Shown: in pieces, positions 32,244 to 41,240 of the stretch
Numbering within the stretch: position 1 is the stretch's first letter
How the letters are laid out: every line of letters begins with the position of its first letter
Assembly: GCA_963663235.2 (NCBI GenBank)
Contig: CAXXNO010000005.1
Coordinates: forward strand, 1 to 64,000
Source: Dehalococcoidia bacterium
Lineage (GTDB): Bacteria > Chloroflexota > Dehalococcoidia > Bin125
Direction: 5' to 3'
Length of the DNA stretch: 64,000 nucleotides
Position numbers and translations under genes: made by a program
Notes under the pieces: generated by a model
The model's input: only the letters and a program-made list of their open reading frames with translations
Databases searched by the model: none
What the model was told of the DNA's origin: nothing

Positions 32244-32350
32244 TGTGGGGCACGAAAAACCCAACCGCACTGAATTCTGCGACCCTGATCCGCTGATCCG
32301 ACCGCGATCGGCGGATCAGAGCCAGGTGGATGGAATAGTGGGCCACTACA
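32244..32350 (+). mobile_element. ~105-bp MITE-like element, copy E
   Basis: TGTGGGGCACGAAAAACCCAACCG...TGGATGGAATAGTGGGCCACTACA. Confidence 0.8.
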
Positions 32351-32437
32351 AGGTTCGGGGGCCGGTCGATCAAGACGGAAAACGATTTGACACGTAGCGA
32401 CTGGCACTTGCCGTCCGGCGCGTCTACGATAACTACA

Positions 32438-32550
32438 GCGAAACGCAAAGACTTCGAGGCTTGAGAAGTCTCCCGCCAAGCCTCGCGCGACGTTGCCACT
32501 AGCGAATCCATCGAACTTGGTTCGGGCTGGCCGGGTACGTCCAGCAACGG
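32438..32550 (+). promoter_or_regulatory. Structured 5' leader of the DEAD-box helicase with a candidate H-type pseudoknot
   Basis: AGACTTC/GAAGTCT stem whose loop GAGGCTTG is complementary to downstream CAAGCCTC; a further CGTTGC/GCAACG stem lies before the RBS. Confidence 0.5.
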
Positions 32551-32569
32551 TTATCCGGAGAGATTCTTC

Positions 32570-33901
32570 ATGTCATTCGATACGCTTGGCCTGCGCGCCG
32601 AGCTCCTACGAGCGATCCGCGATCAAGGCTATGCCACGCCCACTCCCGTGCAGGAACGCGCAATTCCGCCGATCCTTGCGGGCCGCGATCTCATGGGCGC
32701 GGCCCAGACGGGAACGGGAAAGACGGCGGCCTTCACCCTGCCATTGTTGCAACGACTGATGATCAACGACCGTAGCGGGCGGCAGCCGGTGCGCGCTTTG
32801 GTAGTGGTGCCAACGCGAGAACTCGCGATGCAGGTCATGGAGAGCATTCGTATCTATGGCAAGCACCTGCCGCTGAGGATCATCGCGATCTTCGGCGGCG
32901 TCGGGATCCACCCGCAGATTTCGGCTCTGCACCGAGGGGTCGATATTGTGATCGCCACGCCGGGGCGCCTGCTCGATCATGCGCGTCAGGGCACCGTGGA
33001 TCTGGCGAACGTTGAGATCTGTGTGCTGGATGAAGCCGATCGCATGCTGGACATGGGGTTCCTTCCAGATGTCCGGCGCATTTTGGCGCTGATGCCTAAG
33101 CGCCGACAGAATTTGTTGTTTGGCGCGACCCTTTCCGGCGAGATCGCAACGCTGGCCGAAGGCCTGCTACACAACCCGGAATTCGTCAACCTGACGCCCC
33201 GCAGCGTCGCGGCCGATACCGTGGAGCAGTTGGTCTACCGCGTGGACACCAAGCGGAAATCCGCCCTGCTCGCCGAACTCTTCGGGACTGAGAGGTGGGC
33301 CCAAGTGCTGGTCTTCACTCGCACGAAACATCGCGCCAACCGAGTAGCCGCGGACCTGAGAGCCGTCGGCATCAAGGCGGAGGCGATCCACGGAAACAAG
33401 AGCCAAGGCGCCCGCACCCGCGCCCTTGCCGGCTTCAAGGCCGGCCGGATGCAGGCGTTGGTTGCCACGGATCTCGCATCGCGCGGACTCGACATCAGCG
33501 GCCTGCCGCAGGTGGTGAACTTTGAACTGCCGCTCGTGCCGGAGGATTACGTGCATCGCGTCGGCCGAACCGGCCGCGCGGGCGCGGGCGGTGTGGCGGT
33601 TTCCCTGGTGTGTGCAAGCGAAAACCAACAACTACGCGCGATCGAACGGGTGCTCGGACGGAAGTTACCCGCGGAGACCATCGCTGGATTCGAGCCCGAC
33701 CCCACAATTCACCACGAGCCGATCAGGCAAGGGCAGGGTCGGCCGCCGCGATCCGGCCGCCGCCGGCAGCCAGAGTCGCATCGGCCAGGCGGCCGGTCGG
33801 AAAGCAACGGCGGCCGCGCCGGCGCCCGACGCCACCGGCGGTCGAGTAACGGATCGGGTGCGCGCGCTGCCAGCGCTCCATCACGTCAGGGACGACACTA
33901 A
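32570..33901 (+). CDS. rhlE: DEAD-box RNA helicase, RhlE type
   Basis: AQTGTGKT, PTRELA, TPGRL, DEADRMLDMGF, HGNKSQGARTRAL, YVHRVGRTGRAG; basic C-terminal tail. Confidence 0.9.
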   Translation: MSFDTLGLRAELLRAIRDQGYATPTPVQERAIPPILAGRDLMGAAQTGTGKTAAFTLPLLQRLMINDRSGRQPVRALVVVPTRELAMQVMESIRIYGKHLPLRIIAIFGGVGIHPQISALHRGVDIVIATPGRLLDHARQGTVDLANVEICVLDEADRMLDMGFLPDVRRILALMPKRRQNLLFGATLSGEIATLAEGLLHNPEFVNLTPRSVAADTVEQLVYRVDTKRKSALLAELFGTERWAQVLVFTRTKHRANRVAADLRAVGIKAEAIHGNKSQGARTRALAGFKAGRMQALVATDLASRGLDISGLPQVVNFELPLVPEDYVHRVGRTGRAGAGGVAVSLVCASENQQLRAIERVLGRKLPAETIAGFEPDPTIHHEPIRQGQGRPPRSGRRRQPESHRPGGRSESNGGRAGARRHRRSSNGSGARAASAPSRQGRH

Positions 33902-33928
33902 CCGGCCTCTCGATCACCCAGACAGGCA

Positions 33929-33960
33929 TGACCTGCCCCCGATTGGTCTACCAATCGTTA
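33929..33960 (+). mobile_element. Possible isolated IS3-family terminal repeat
   Basis: TGACCTGCCCCCGATTGGTCTACCAATCG resembles IS3-type TG-initiated ends; no partner end or transposase was seen. Confidence 0.3.
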
Positions 33961-34211
33961 AGTTCGTCCGGGCAAGAAATCAGCAGGTTACGCCAAGGTG
34001 GAGCGGGATCGAGCTCTCCCGCTGGAAACCGCTGTGGGCGGGTACCCTTGATGTCAGTGCCGACGCTTCACCCTGGGCCCAAGCGGCAAACCTTTGCGCG
34101 TGAGCTGGCTCCGTGGAGCACAAGGGGCTAGAGATGGTGAAGACCGGCCCGCCGTAGGTGGTGGGCGCGGTCGTCGGCGGCCCTACCTTCGGCCGGGTGG
34201 GAGGCGCACAG

Positions 34212-35660
34212 GTGCAACAGGCAGCTACCCCCACGTTCTCCGCGCGCTGGGGCACGAAGATCGTTGCGACCTTGGGCCCGGCCTCCGCCGCGCCCGACAC
34301 GATCCGCGGCATGGTGGAAGCCGGCCTCGACGTCGTTCGGCTCAATTTCTCCCACGGCGACCACGCGACGATGGCGCGCTGGTACGCTGACGTCCGGGCC
34401 GCGCAGAACGCGGCCGGGAAACCGCTGGCGGTCATCGCCGACCTCCAAGGCCCCAAGATCCGGCTGGGCGATCTCCCCGCGCCGCGCCCACTTCTGGCGG
34501 GATCCTCGCTGCGCATCGTCACGGATCGCGACGGCGCGCGGGACGGTGCGGTGGTGTGTGACTACGACCAGCTGCCGGCAGAGGTGAGGCCCGGCGACCG
34601 GATCTTCGTGAAGGATGGAGAGATCGAGCTGGAGGTGCACGCCGTCGAGCCCGGCGTGATCGAGACCGTGGTCGTGACGGGGGGCACTCTGACCAGCCGG
34701 GCGGGCGTGAACGTGCCCGGCATCTCGCTCCGGGTGGAGGCGATCACCGCGAAAGATCGGGAGGATATCCGCTTCGCCTGCAAGCTCGGGGTGGACTACC
34801 TCGCCCTCTCGTTCGTGCGCAGCGCGGTGGATGTCGTGATGGCCCGGGAGATTGTCGAGGAGATAGGCGCGGACGTGGGAATCCTCGCCAAGATCGAGAC
34901 TGCGCTTGCGCTGGAGCGGCTCGACGCGATCGTAGAGGCGGCCGATGGAGTGATGGTCGCGCGCGGCGACTTGGGTGTCGAGGTCGGGCCGGAGAACGTG
35001 CCGATCTGGCAGCGCCGGATCATCCAGGCGGCCGGGCGGAAGTTGGTGCCCGTGATTACGGCGACGCAGATGCTGGAGAGCATGGTCGAGAACGCGCGGC
35101 CGACGCGCGCGGAGGCGAGCGACGTGGCCAACGCAGTCTGGGACGGCACCGACGCGGTGATGCTCTCGGCCGAGACGGCGGTCGGCGCCCATCCGGTGGA
35201 GAGCGTCGCCATGATGGCGCGCATCATCACCCGCGCGGAGGCCGAGGATGCGGGGCGTATGCCGCGCTTCATGGCGCCGGAGTGGGCGGCGGACCCGTCG
35301 CGCAACATCAGTCTGGCCACGCGCGATATCATCGACCGTAAGGCCGACGTGCGCGGAGTGATCGCGTTCACGATGGGCGGCTACACCGCTCGGCTGGTCG
35401 CGAAGGACCGCATGCCCGTTCCGGTGGTGGTGCTCGCGGCGGACGCCCGAGTGGAGCAGAGGGCCGCTCTCCTCTGGGGCGTGCGGCCGGTGCGCTGCCC
35501 TCCCCCGCAGACCTTTGAGGAGATGCTCGCTGCCGTGGAGCGGTCGGCGCGCGATGTGCTGGGCTGCGATACCGGCGACACCGTGGTGGTGGTCGCCGGG
35601 CTACCTCTGGGCCAAGGCGTGCCCACCAACTTCCTCAAGCTCCATACCCTGGCCGGCTAG
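34212..35660 (+). CDS. pyk: Pyruvate kinase
   Basis: TKIVATLGPAS, RLNFSHG, DLQGPKIR, AKIE, MVARGDLGVE, ATQMLESM, PTRAEASDVANA, MLSAETA. Confidence 0.97.
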   Translation: MQQAATPTFSARWGTKIVATLGPASAAPDTIRGMVEAGLDVVRLNFSHGDHATMARWYADVRAAQNAAGKPLAVIADLQGPKIRLGDLPAPRPLLAGSSLRIVTDRDGARDGAVVCDYDQLPAEVRPGDRIFVKDGEIELEVHAVEPGVIETVVVTGGTLTSRAGVNVPGISLRVEAITAKDREDIRFACKLGVDYLALSFVRSAVDVVMAREIVEEIGADVGILAKIETALALERLDAIVEAADGVMVARGDLGVEVGPENVPIWQRRIIQAAGRKLVPVITATQMLESMVENARPTRAEASDVANAVWDGTDAVMLSAETAVGAHPVESVAMMARIITRAEAEDAGRMPRFMAPEWAADPSRNISLATRDIIDRKADVRGVIAFTMGGYTARLVAKDRMPVPVVVLAADARVEQRAALLWGVRPVRCPPPQTFEEMLAAVERSARDVLGCDTGDTVVVVAGLPLGQGVPTNFLKLHTLAG

Positions 35661-36020
35661 GGCACGCGGACGGACAAACTGGAATAGTCCGCCCCGCTCG
35701 GTGCCACTGCGGTCTACGCAGTGGCTGGCATCTACGTCGAGACGCCGATTCGCGGTCCGGCACGCCGCTTCTCCGACGCACCCCCATCCGTCCCATCCGC
35801 GATGGGTCGTCCGCCCCATGCCCTCGACACGCATCCCACCGATGCTCCGTTTCGAAGCACGCGCTGCGAAAGGGAGATGCGCGCCATGACTATGCGACAC
35901 AGCGCCCCGCAAGTTCGCACACTCACAATCTTCACAGGTGGAGGCGTGCGACCTGAGCCTGCTGCCGCGCACGACGGCGCGCGGCCGAATAGCGGCGGAT
36001 CTTCGTAACGGGAGATCGAG

Positions 36021-37436
36021 ATGGCAGCATCTTCAGACGATCCTGACCGTACCTGGTCCGATCTGGCGGACCTTGACGAGGCCGCGCGGGAAAGCGCGAT
36101 GCGGGAGCGTTTCCTCACGCTCCTTGTCCTGGCCCCGGAGGAGCGCCGGGACGCGCTGCGTCGCATGATCCTCGCGGAGTATCGGCTCGGCCCCCTGCGG
36201 CTCGTCCCCTTCATCCACAGCCGTCTTGGGGTCTGGCTCACCTTGAATGGCGACGCCGCCGGGACGCTAGCCGACGACTACGCCGCTCTCACCCGAGAGC
36301 TCCCGGAGTTGGTGGCCGAGCGACGGTCGAGCGCTGATGCGCTGGCCTGGCGCCGGCTCTCACCCGACCAGCGAGCCGCGCTGCAAACGCGGCTCCCGGC
36401 CGTGACCGCGCAGATGCAGCCGCAGCCAACAGCCGGCGCCTTCGAGACCGCGGCCTATCGACGCGATGAGGTTGCGACGGTCGCATCCGCAGGCGCCCGC
36501 GAGGCCGGTGCGCCTCAACCAGGCGCTCCGACGCGGAGACGTTGGCGGGCTGTCGCCCGCGTCGTCGAACTGTCCAACCGCATGACTGCGCGGGTATGGG
36601 ACGCACAGCTCTTGCTCGTCGAGCGGCTGCGTCTGTTCTGGAACAGGGCCATGCGCACGACGCGCTTTGTCACCTACGACGCTCCGCGCTGGCTCTTCGT
36701 CACACTGCCGCTCCAAGGCTGGGACGCCGTCCGCCAGTTCACGCGCTGGCTCTTCCTCACGCTGCCGCGCGAGGCCTGGGCCGCCGCGCGCTGGTTCGCC
36801 CGCTCGCTCTTCGTCACGCTGCCGCTCCAAGGCTGGGCCGCCGCGCGCTGGTTCGCCCGCTGGCTGTTCGTGACGCTGCCTCGGCGCGCCTGGGCCGCCG
36901 CCCGCCGGTTCCTGCGCTGGCTGTTCGTGACGCTGATCCAGCAGGCCTGGGCCGCCGCCCGGCGGTTCCTGAGCTGGCTGTTCGTGACGCTGCCTCGGCG
37001 CACCTGGGCCGCCGCCCGCCGGTTCCTGCGCTGGCTGTTCGTGACGCTGATCCAGCAGGCCTGGGCCGCCGCCCGGCGGTTCCTGCGCTGGCTCTTCGTG
37101 ACCCTGCCGCGGGAGATCGCGGACGAGATCGCCGGCTACCTGCGCTGGCTCTTGGTGACGCTGCCGCGGGAGGTCTGGAAGGCGGCCTGCCGGTTCCCGC
37201 GCTGGCTCTTCGTGACCCTGCAGCGCGAGGTCTGGGACGCTGTCCGCTCCTTCGTGCGCTGGCTGGGCGAACTCGTCCGCACGTTCAAAGAGGAAATCAT
37301 GAGAGTGCTGAAAGATTGGTGGGAGCGGCTCGGCGATCTGCTCACCTGGGCGCTTGCCCTGCTGATTACCCCCTTCACCGCCGCGTGGCTCTTGCTGCGG
37401 GGTGCCTCCCGCCGAATCATCGGCCCGCTCGACTAA
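36021..37436 (+). CDS. Hypothetical protein with ten 19-aa Trp/Arg-rich amphipathic repeats
   Basis: GGAG RBS; helical N-terminal domain; repeat RWLFVTLPxxxWAAARxFx; hydrophobic C-terminal segment. Confidence 0.75.
   Translation: MAASSDDPDRTWSDLADLDEAARESAMRERFLTLLVLAPEERRDALRRMILAEYRLGPLRLVPFIHSRLGVWLTLNGDAAGTLADDYAALTRELPELVAERRSSADALAWRRLSPDQRAALQTRLPAVTAQMQPQPTAGAFETAAYRRDEVATVASAGAREAGAPQPGAPTRRRWRAVARVVELSNRMTARVWDAQLLLVERLRLFWNRAMRTTRFVTYDAPRWLFVTLPLQGWDAVRQFTRWLFLTLPREAWAAARWFARSLFVTLPLQGWAAARWFARWLFVTLPRRAWAAARRFLRWLFVTLIQQAWAAARRFLSWLFVTLPRRTWAAARRFLRWLFVTLIQQAWAAARRFLRWLFVTLPREIADEIAGYLRWLLVTLPREVWKAACRFPRWLFVTLQREVWDAVRSFVRWLGELVRTFKEEIMRVLKDWWERLGDLLTWALALLITPFTAAWLLLRGASRRIIGPLD
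36687..37256 (+). repeat. Coding tandem repeat, 57-nt unit x10
   Basis: cgctggct(c/g)ttcgt(c/g)ac(a/g/c)ctg recurs every 57 nt from 36687 to 37257. Confidence 0.92.
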
Positions 37437-37607
37437 CCGGCGCCGCCGATGCTCCGACCGGCGAGGGCGCCTAACCGCCGACGTGCGTGAGACCGTGCGC
37501 ATCGACTTTGGAGTTGGCGGGCCGATGCCTGTAGACTTCTCGGCTGAGGAAGCGCGGCGCTCTCAGCACCGCGCTGGCGCGTTCTTGCTCACAAGGAGGA
37601 CGAGGTA

Positions 37608-39410
37608 ATGGCGGCGACTAGCAAAGCAACGGCCCGAGTTGACCCGATCACCATCGAGGTGCTGCGCAGCGCCTTCATCGCGACCTGCAACGAGATGGCT
37701 CTCACCGTCGCCAAGACCGCCTATTCCACCCCGGTCAACGAAGGTCACGACTTCGCCACCGGCCTGTACGACAGTCACGGCAACCTCGTCTCACAGGGCG
37801 AGTTCGACCTGCCTGCGTTCGTGGGCCTCACGTTGCTCACTGTGCCGGAGGTCATGCGGCAGATCGGACCGGAGAACATCGAGCCCGGCGATATCTACAT
37901 TATCAACGACCCCTACGTGGCGACGACCCACTGCAACGATATTCACTTCATCAAGCCGATCTTCCACGGCGGTGAGCTGGTGGCCTTCACTTCATCCACC
38001 GCGCACTGGTCCGACGTGGGCGGCGTGGCGCCGGGGACGCTGAACACCGCGGCGCGCAGCCACTACGAGGAGGGGATGCGCATCCCCGCCGTCTCGCTGT
38101 ACAAGCGTGGGGTGTTCAACGAAGACATCGTCGCCCTGTTGCTGGTCAACATGCGCCAATCGTGGGAGCGGATCGGCGATCTCAACGCCCAAATTGCGTC
38201 GGTCAAGGTCGGCGAGCAGCGGATCTTGAAACTGATCGACAAACACGGCGTGGAGGCGGTGCTGGCCACGATGGACGTGGTGCAGGACCACTCGGAGCGG
38301 CTGGCGCGCGCCGCCTTCGCCGGCCTGCCGGACGGGGTCTACGACGCCGAGGACAGCGTCGACCAGGATCAATACACCGGCCAACCCAAGACGATCCGGC
38401 TTACGCTGACGATCGAGGGCGATCACGCCATCTTCGATTACAGGAAGAGTGACGGCCCCGCGCTCTCCGGCATCAACGGGACGATCGCGGGGACAACGTC
38501 GGGCACCTTCATCGCCATCGCCTCCATCTTGCCGCCGATGCCGATGAACGCCGGAGTGATGCGTGCCATCGAGATCAAGGCGAAGCGAGGGTCGATCGTC
38601 TGGGCGGAGCCACCGGTCGCTGTCTCCGTGATGACGATTACGGTCATGGACTGTGTGATCGGGTCGGCCACGCTGGCGCTGGGGCAAGCATTGCCCGAGC
38701 GCGCGGTCGGGATGGCGTCGGCGATCCTCAACTCGACCTACGCGGGAAACGACGACCGGCCGGGCTTTCAGGCGCCCTTCATCAACTACAGCTGGTCCTT
38801 CGGCGGAATGGGCGGGGCGCCCACGCACGACGGCCCCAATTCCACGGCGCCCCCGTTCGGCGCCAGCGTGTCGAACATTCCCAGTGAACTGCAAGAGCGC
38901 CGCTACCCAGTCTTGTACCGGCGCTCCAACCTCCTGGCCGATTCCGGCGGGCCGGGAGAGTCTCGAGGCGGCGCGGCCCTCAATACCATCGTCGAGTTCC
39001 CGTTCAAGGAAGTGAGCGGGGCCGGACTTTCGACGCTGGGCAATCGCGAACTCTTTGGACCGCCCGGGATCTTCGGAGGAGGAGTCGGCCAGGTCGCGCG
39101 CTTGTCGCTCAACGACGGGACCGAGAACGAACGGCACTTGGGCACGACGTCCACGAACGCGCCGGTGCAGCATGGCGATGTCTTGACCTTCCGCACGAAC
39201 GGGGGCGGCGGCCACGGCGATCCGCTCCAGCGGTCGCCCGAGCGCGTCCTGGAGGACATCAAGGACGACTACGCCACGATCGCAGGAGCGCGCGAGCAGT
39301 ACGGCGTTGTGGTGAAAGAGATCGACCGCCGTGCGCTGGTCTACGAGGTAGACGAGGCGGCGACGGCGAAGATGCGCGCCGGGATGCGCGCCGTTCGCGG
39401 CGCACGCTGA
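37608..39410 (+). CDS. Hydantoinase B/oxoprolinase family protein (paralog 2)
   Basis: DPITIEVLRS, NDPYVATTHCND, AHWSDVGG, DSGGPGESRGG, GGGGHGDP; closely similar to 6368..8167. Confidence 0.94.
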   Translation: MAATSKATARVDPITIEVLRSAFIATCNEMALTVAKTAYSTPVNEGHDFATGLYDSHGNLVSQGEFDLPAFVGLTLLTVPEVMRQIGPENIEPGDIYIINDPYVATTHCNDIHFIKPIFHGGELVAFTSSTAHWSDVGGVAPGTLNTAARSHYEEGMRIPAVSLYKRGVFNEDIVALLLVNMRQSWERIGDLNAQIASVKVGEQRILKLIDKHGVEAVLATMDVVQDHSERLARAAFAGLPDGVYDAEDSVDQDQYTGQPKTIRLTLTIEGDHAIFDYRKSDGPALSGINGTIAGTTSGTFIAIASILPPMPMNAGVMRAIEIKAKRGSIVWAEPPVAVSVMTITVMDCVIGSATLALGQALPERAVGMASAILNSTYAGNDDRPGFQAPFINYSWSFGGMGGAPTHDGPNSTAPPFGASVSNIPSELQERRYPVLYRRSNLLADSGGPGESRGGAALNTIVEFPFKEVSGAGLSTLGNRELFGPPGIFGGGVGQVARLSLNDGTENERHLGTTSTNAPVQHGDVLTFRTNGGGGHGDPLQRSPERVLEDIKDDYATIAGAREQYGVVVKEIDRRALVYEVDEAATAKMRAGMRAVRGAR

Positions 39411-39444
39411 GGTGGGCTCTGAGATGATCGCTTCGCGAACCAGC

Positions 39445-41240
39445 CTAGCGGCCGCCTGATCCGGACAGCACTTCGATACGGACCGAAAGTCGTCCCTCCG
39501 TCAGGTCACCGATCTGCTCGAACGCGGCTTCGGAGAGATCTACATCGTTCGGCGGCAGCAAGCCTCCGTCTCGCACGACGACGTCGACGAACCGGTCGCC
39601 CCGCCACACCCTGAGGCGCGTGCCACATGGCCAACTCGTCGCGGCCGCGATGGCGGGATCGCGACGATCGTACGTCCCGCCGCAAAACATCGGGTCCCCG
39701 TGCAATGTCGGATGATAGAACGTCGCTTCGCCATCGACGGTGTCGCCGCCGGGGAAGACGGCGATAAAGTCCGCGCTCACCCAGCCCACCGCGCCGCCGA
39801 CACGGACGTGGAGCCACTCGCGGCCGATCGTATCGCGCGCGGTCTCTCCCGTGGGCTCCACGGGAGTCCCGACACGCAGGCACGCCAGCGGCGGAGCGTC
39901 CACGGTCGTGGGCGCCGGCCGGAGGTGCAGGCACCCGGGTCCCAGGACCCGAGCCTGCACCCCATCCGGGATGGGGCTCGATGCTGGCCGCGACTCCCAA
40001 ACGGTTGCCCGCTGTACCTGCACCCACACGGCTTGCCCGATCTCGAGTCTCGTCAGATCGTTGAGCAACCGTGGACCATCGGGGCGGTAGCTGCGGTAGC
40101 GTTGAGTCGGCGCGTCCAACGCGTAGACGCCGATCAACGTCTCAGCCAGCGCGACCGTCGCCTCCTCGATTGACGTCCCGGCTCCGGTCCACGTGACAAG
40201 GTTGAAGCCTTCGGCCAGTGGCGTTGCGCGCGGCTCCCCAAGCGGCGGGAGCGTCCAGCGCACACCATCCTCGGCTGTGACGTGGACGAGCAGACCGGTA
40301 GCGGGCTGAAGTGCGGGGAGTGTACTTACGATGGCGGGGGCGTCCGGCGCATGGCGCCGGAAGTCCTGCAGCGCGGCGTCGTAGCTCATGATGACGTCGA
40401 CGCCCTCGCCAATCTGTGCCATCAGCGCCTCTAGCGCCGTGCCGTCGGTCCACCCCACCGCGTTCCAGCCGGGATAGAGGTACTGGGACGTCGGGCGCAC
40501 CCGCTCGGCGTCGAGGTCGTCTCCGGCGTTGGTCTCGTCCGGGGTCGGAGTCACCCCCCCGGACTCGCCCGTAGGCGCCGTCGGACTCGCCGCGTGATTC
40601 GTCGATACGAATGTCTCCCCCGCGTAGGCGTTGAACGTGTCGGTCGGCAGCAGCTGGCGCCCGTCCAGCGCGTAGGCGCCTGTCAGCGGGATGGTAGCCC
40701 GCAACTGACCCGCGCCCTCGGTGCGATGGACGGGCCAAATGGAGGTGAGCGAGCCCGTTGTTCTCGGCCATGCCCGCGGGCGCCATCGTGCCGATTCGTT
40801 GGCCCTGTGCAACAGACGCTCCCACCTGAAGACCCGGTAATGGGAATAGGTGACAGAGCAAGACGGCCAAGCCATCGTCGCTGCCAATCGTGAGGCAGCT
40901 CGGCGATAACCAGGCGATGGCGCCGCCCTGAGGTGCGAGCACGGGCGTGCCGGCTGTGAGTGCATCGTCTCGAACGAGATCGATCGCGTAGGGATCTTCA
41001 TCAGTGTGTGTCGCAGTGTTGTAGCCGGCGACGATGCGCCACACGGACTCAGGAGGCGCGGGAAAAAGAAATCGACCGTGGTCTGCGCGCACCGGTGCGG
41101 CCCATTCGAAAGTCGCGAGGCACGTCAGGATCACGGCGACCATCAGCGCGTACCGAAACCGCCAGCCTGAGGCGCGAGCGCGGCTCGGAACGATTCGCCA
41201 CGTGCGCCATCGCACGCCCCGCGGTCGCGTTGGGACCGGA
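39445..41240 (-). CDS. Secreted M23-peptidase / tandem module / SH3-like / RlpA(DPBB)-like multidomain protein; frameshift near 40735, start uncertain
   Basis: M23-like H...YAIDL, LCHL, VAQGQRIG, AHLHL. Removing one C continues into two ~75-aa modules, then CLHLRPAP...WLHVRVGGAVGWVSADF (SH3-like) and GEATFY...WPCGTRLRV...VVVRDGG...DLSEAAF (DPBB). Confidence 0.75.

Noticed and set aside
10238-32350. 105-bp elements as integron attC sites or tRNA-like genes
   Set aside because: There are no RYYYAAC/GTTRRRY cores, no integron integrase and no cloverleaf; the ends instead resemble the IS remnant.
32402-32412. Sigma-54 promoter (TGGCAC...TTGC) before rhlE
   Set aside because: The spacing between the GG and GC elements is wrong for a -24/-12 promoter.
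36687-37256. 57-nt array as CRISPR or phage tape-measure gene
   Set aside because: The units are contiguous and in frame without spacers, and no phage genes are nearby.
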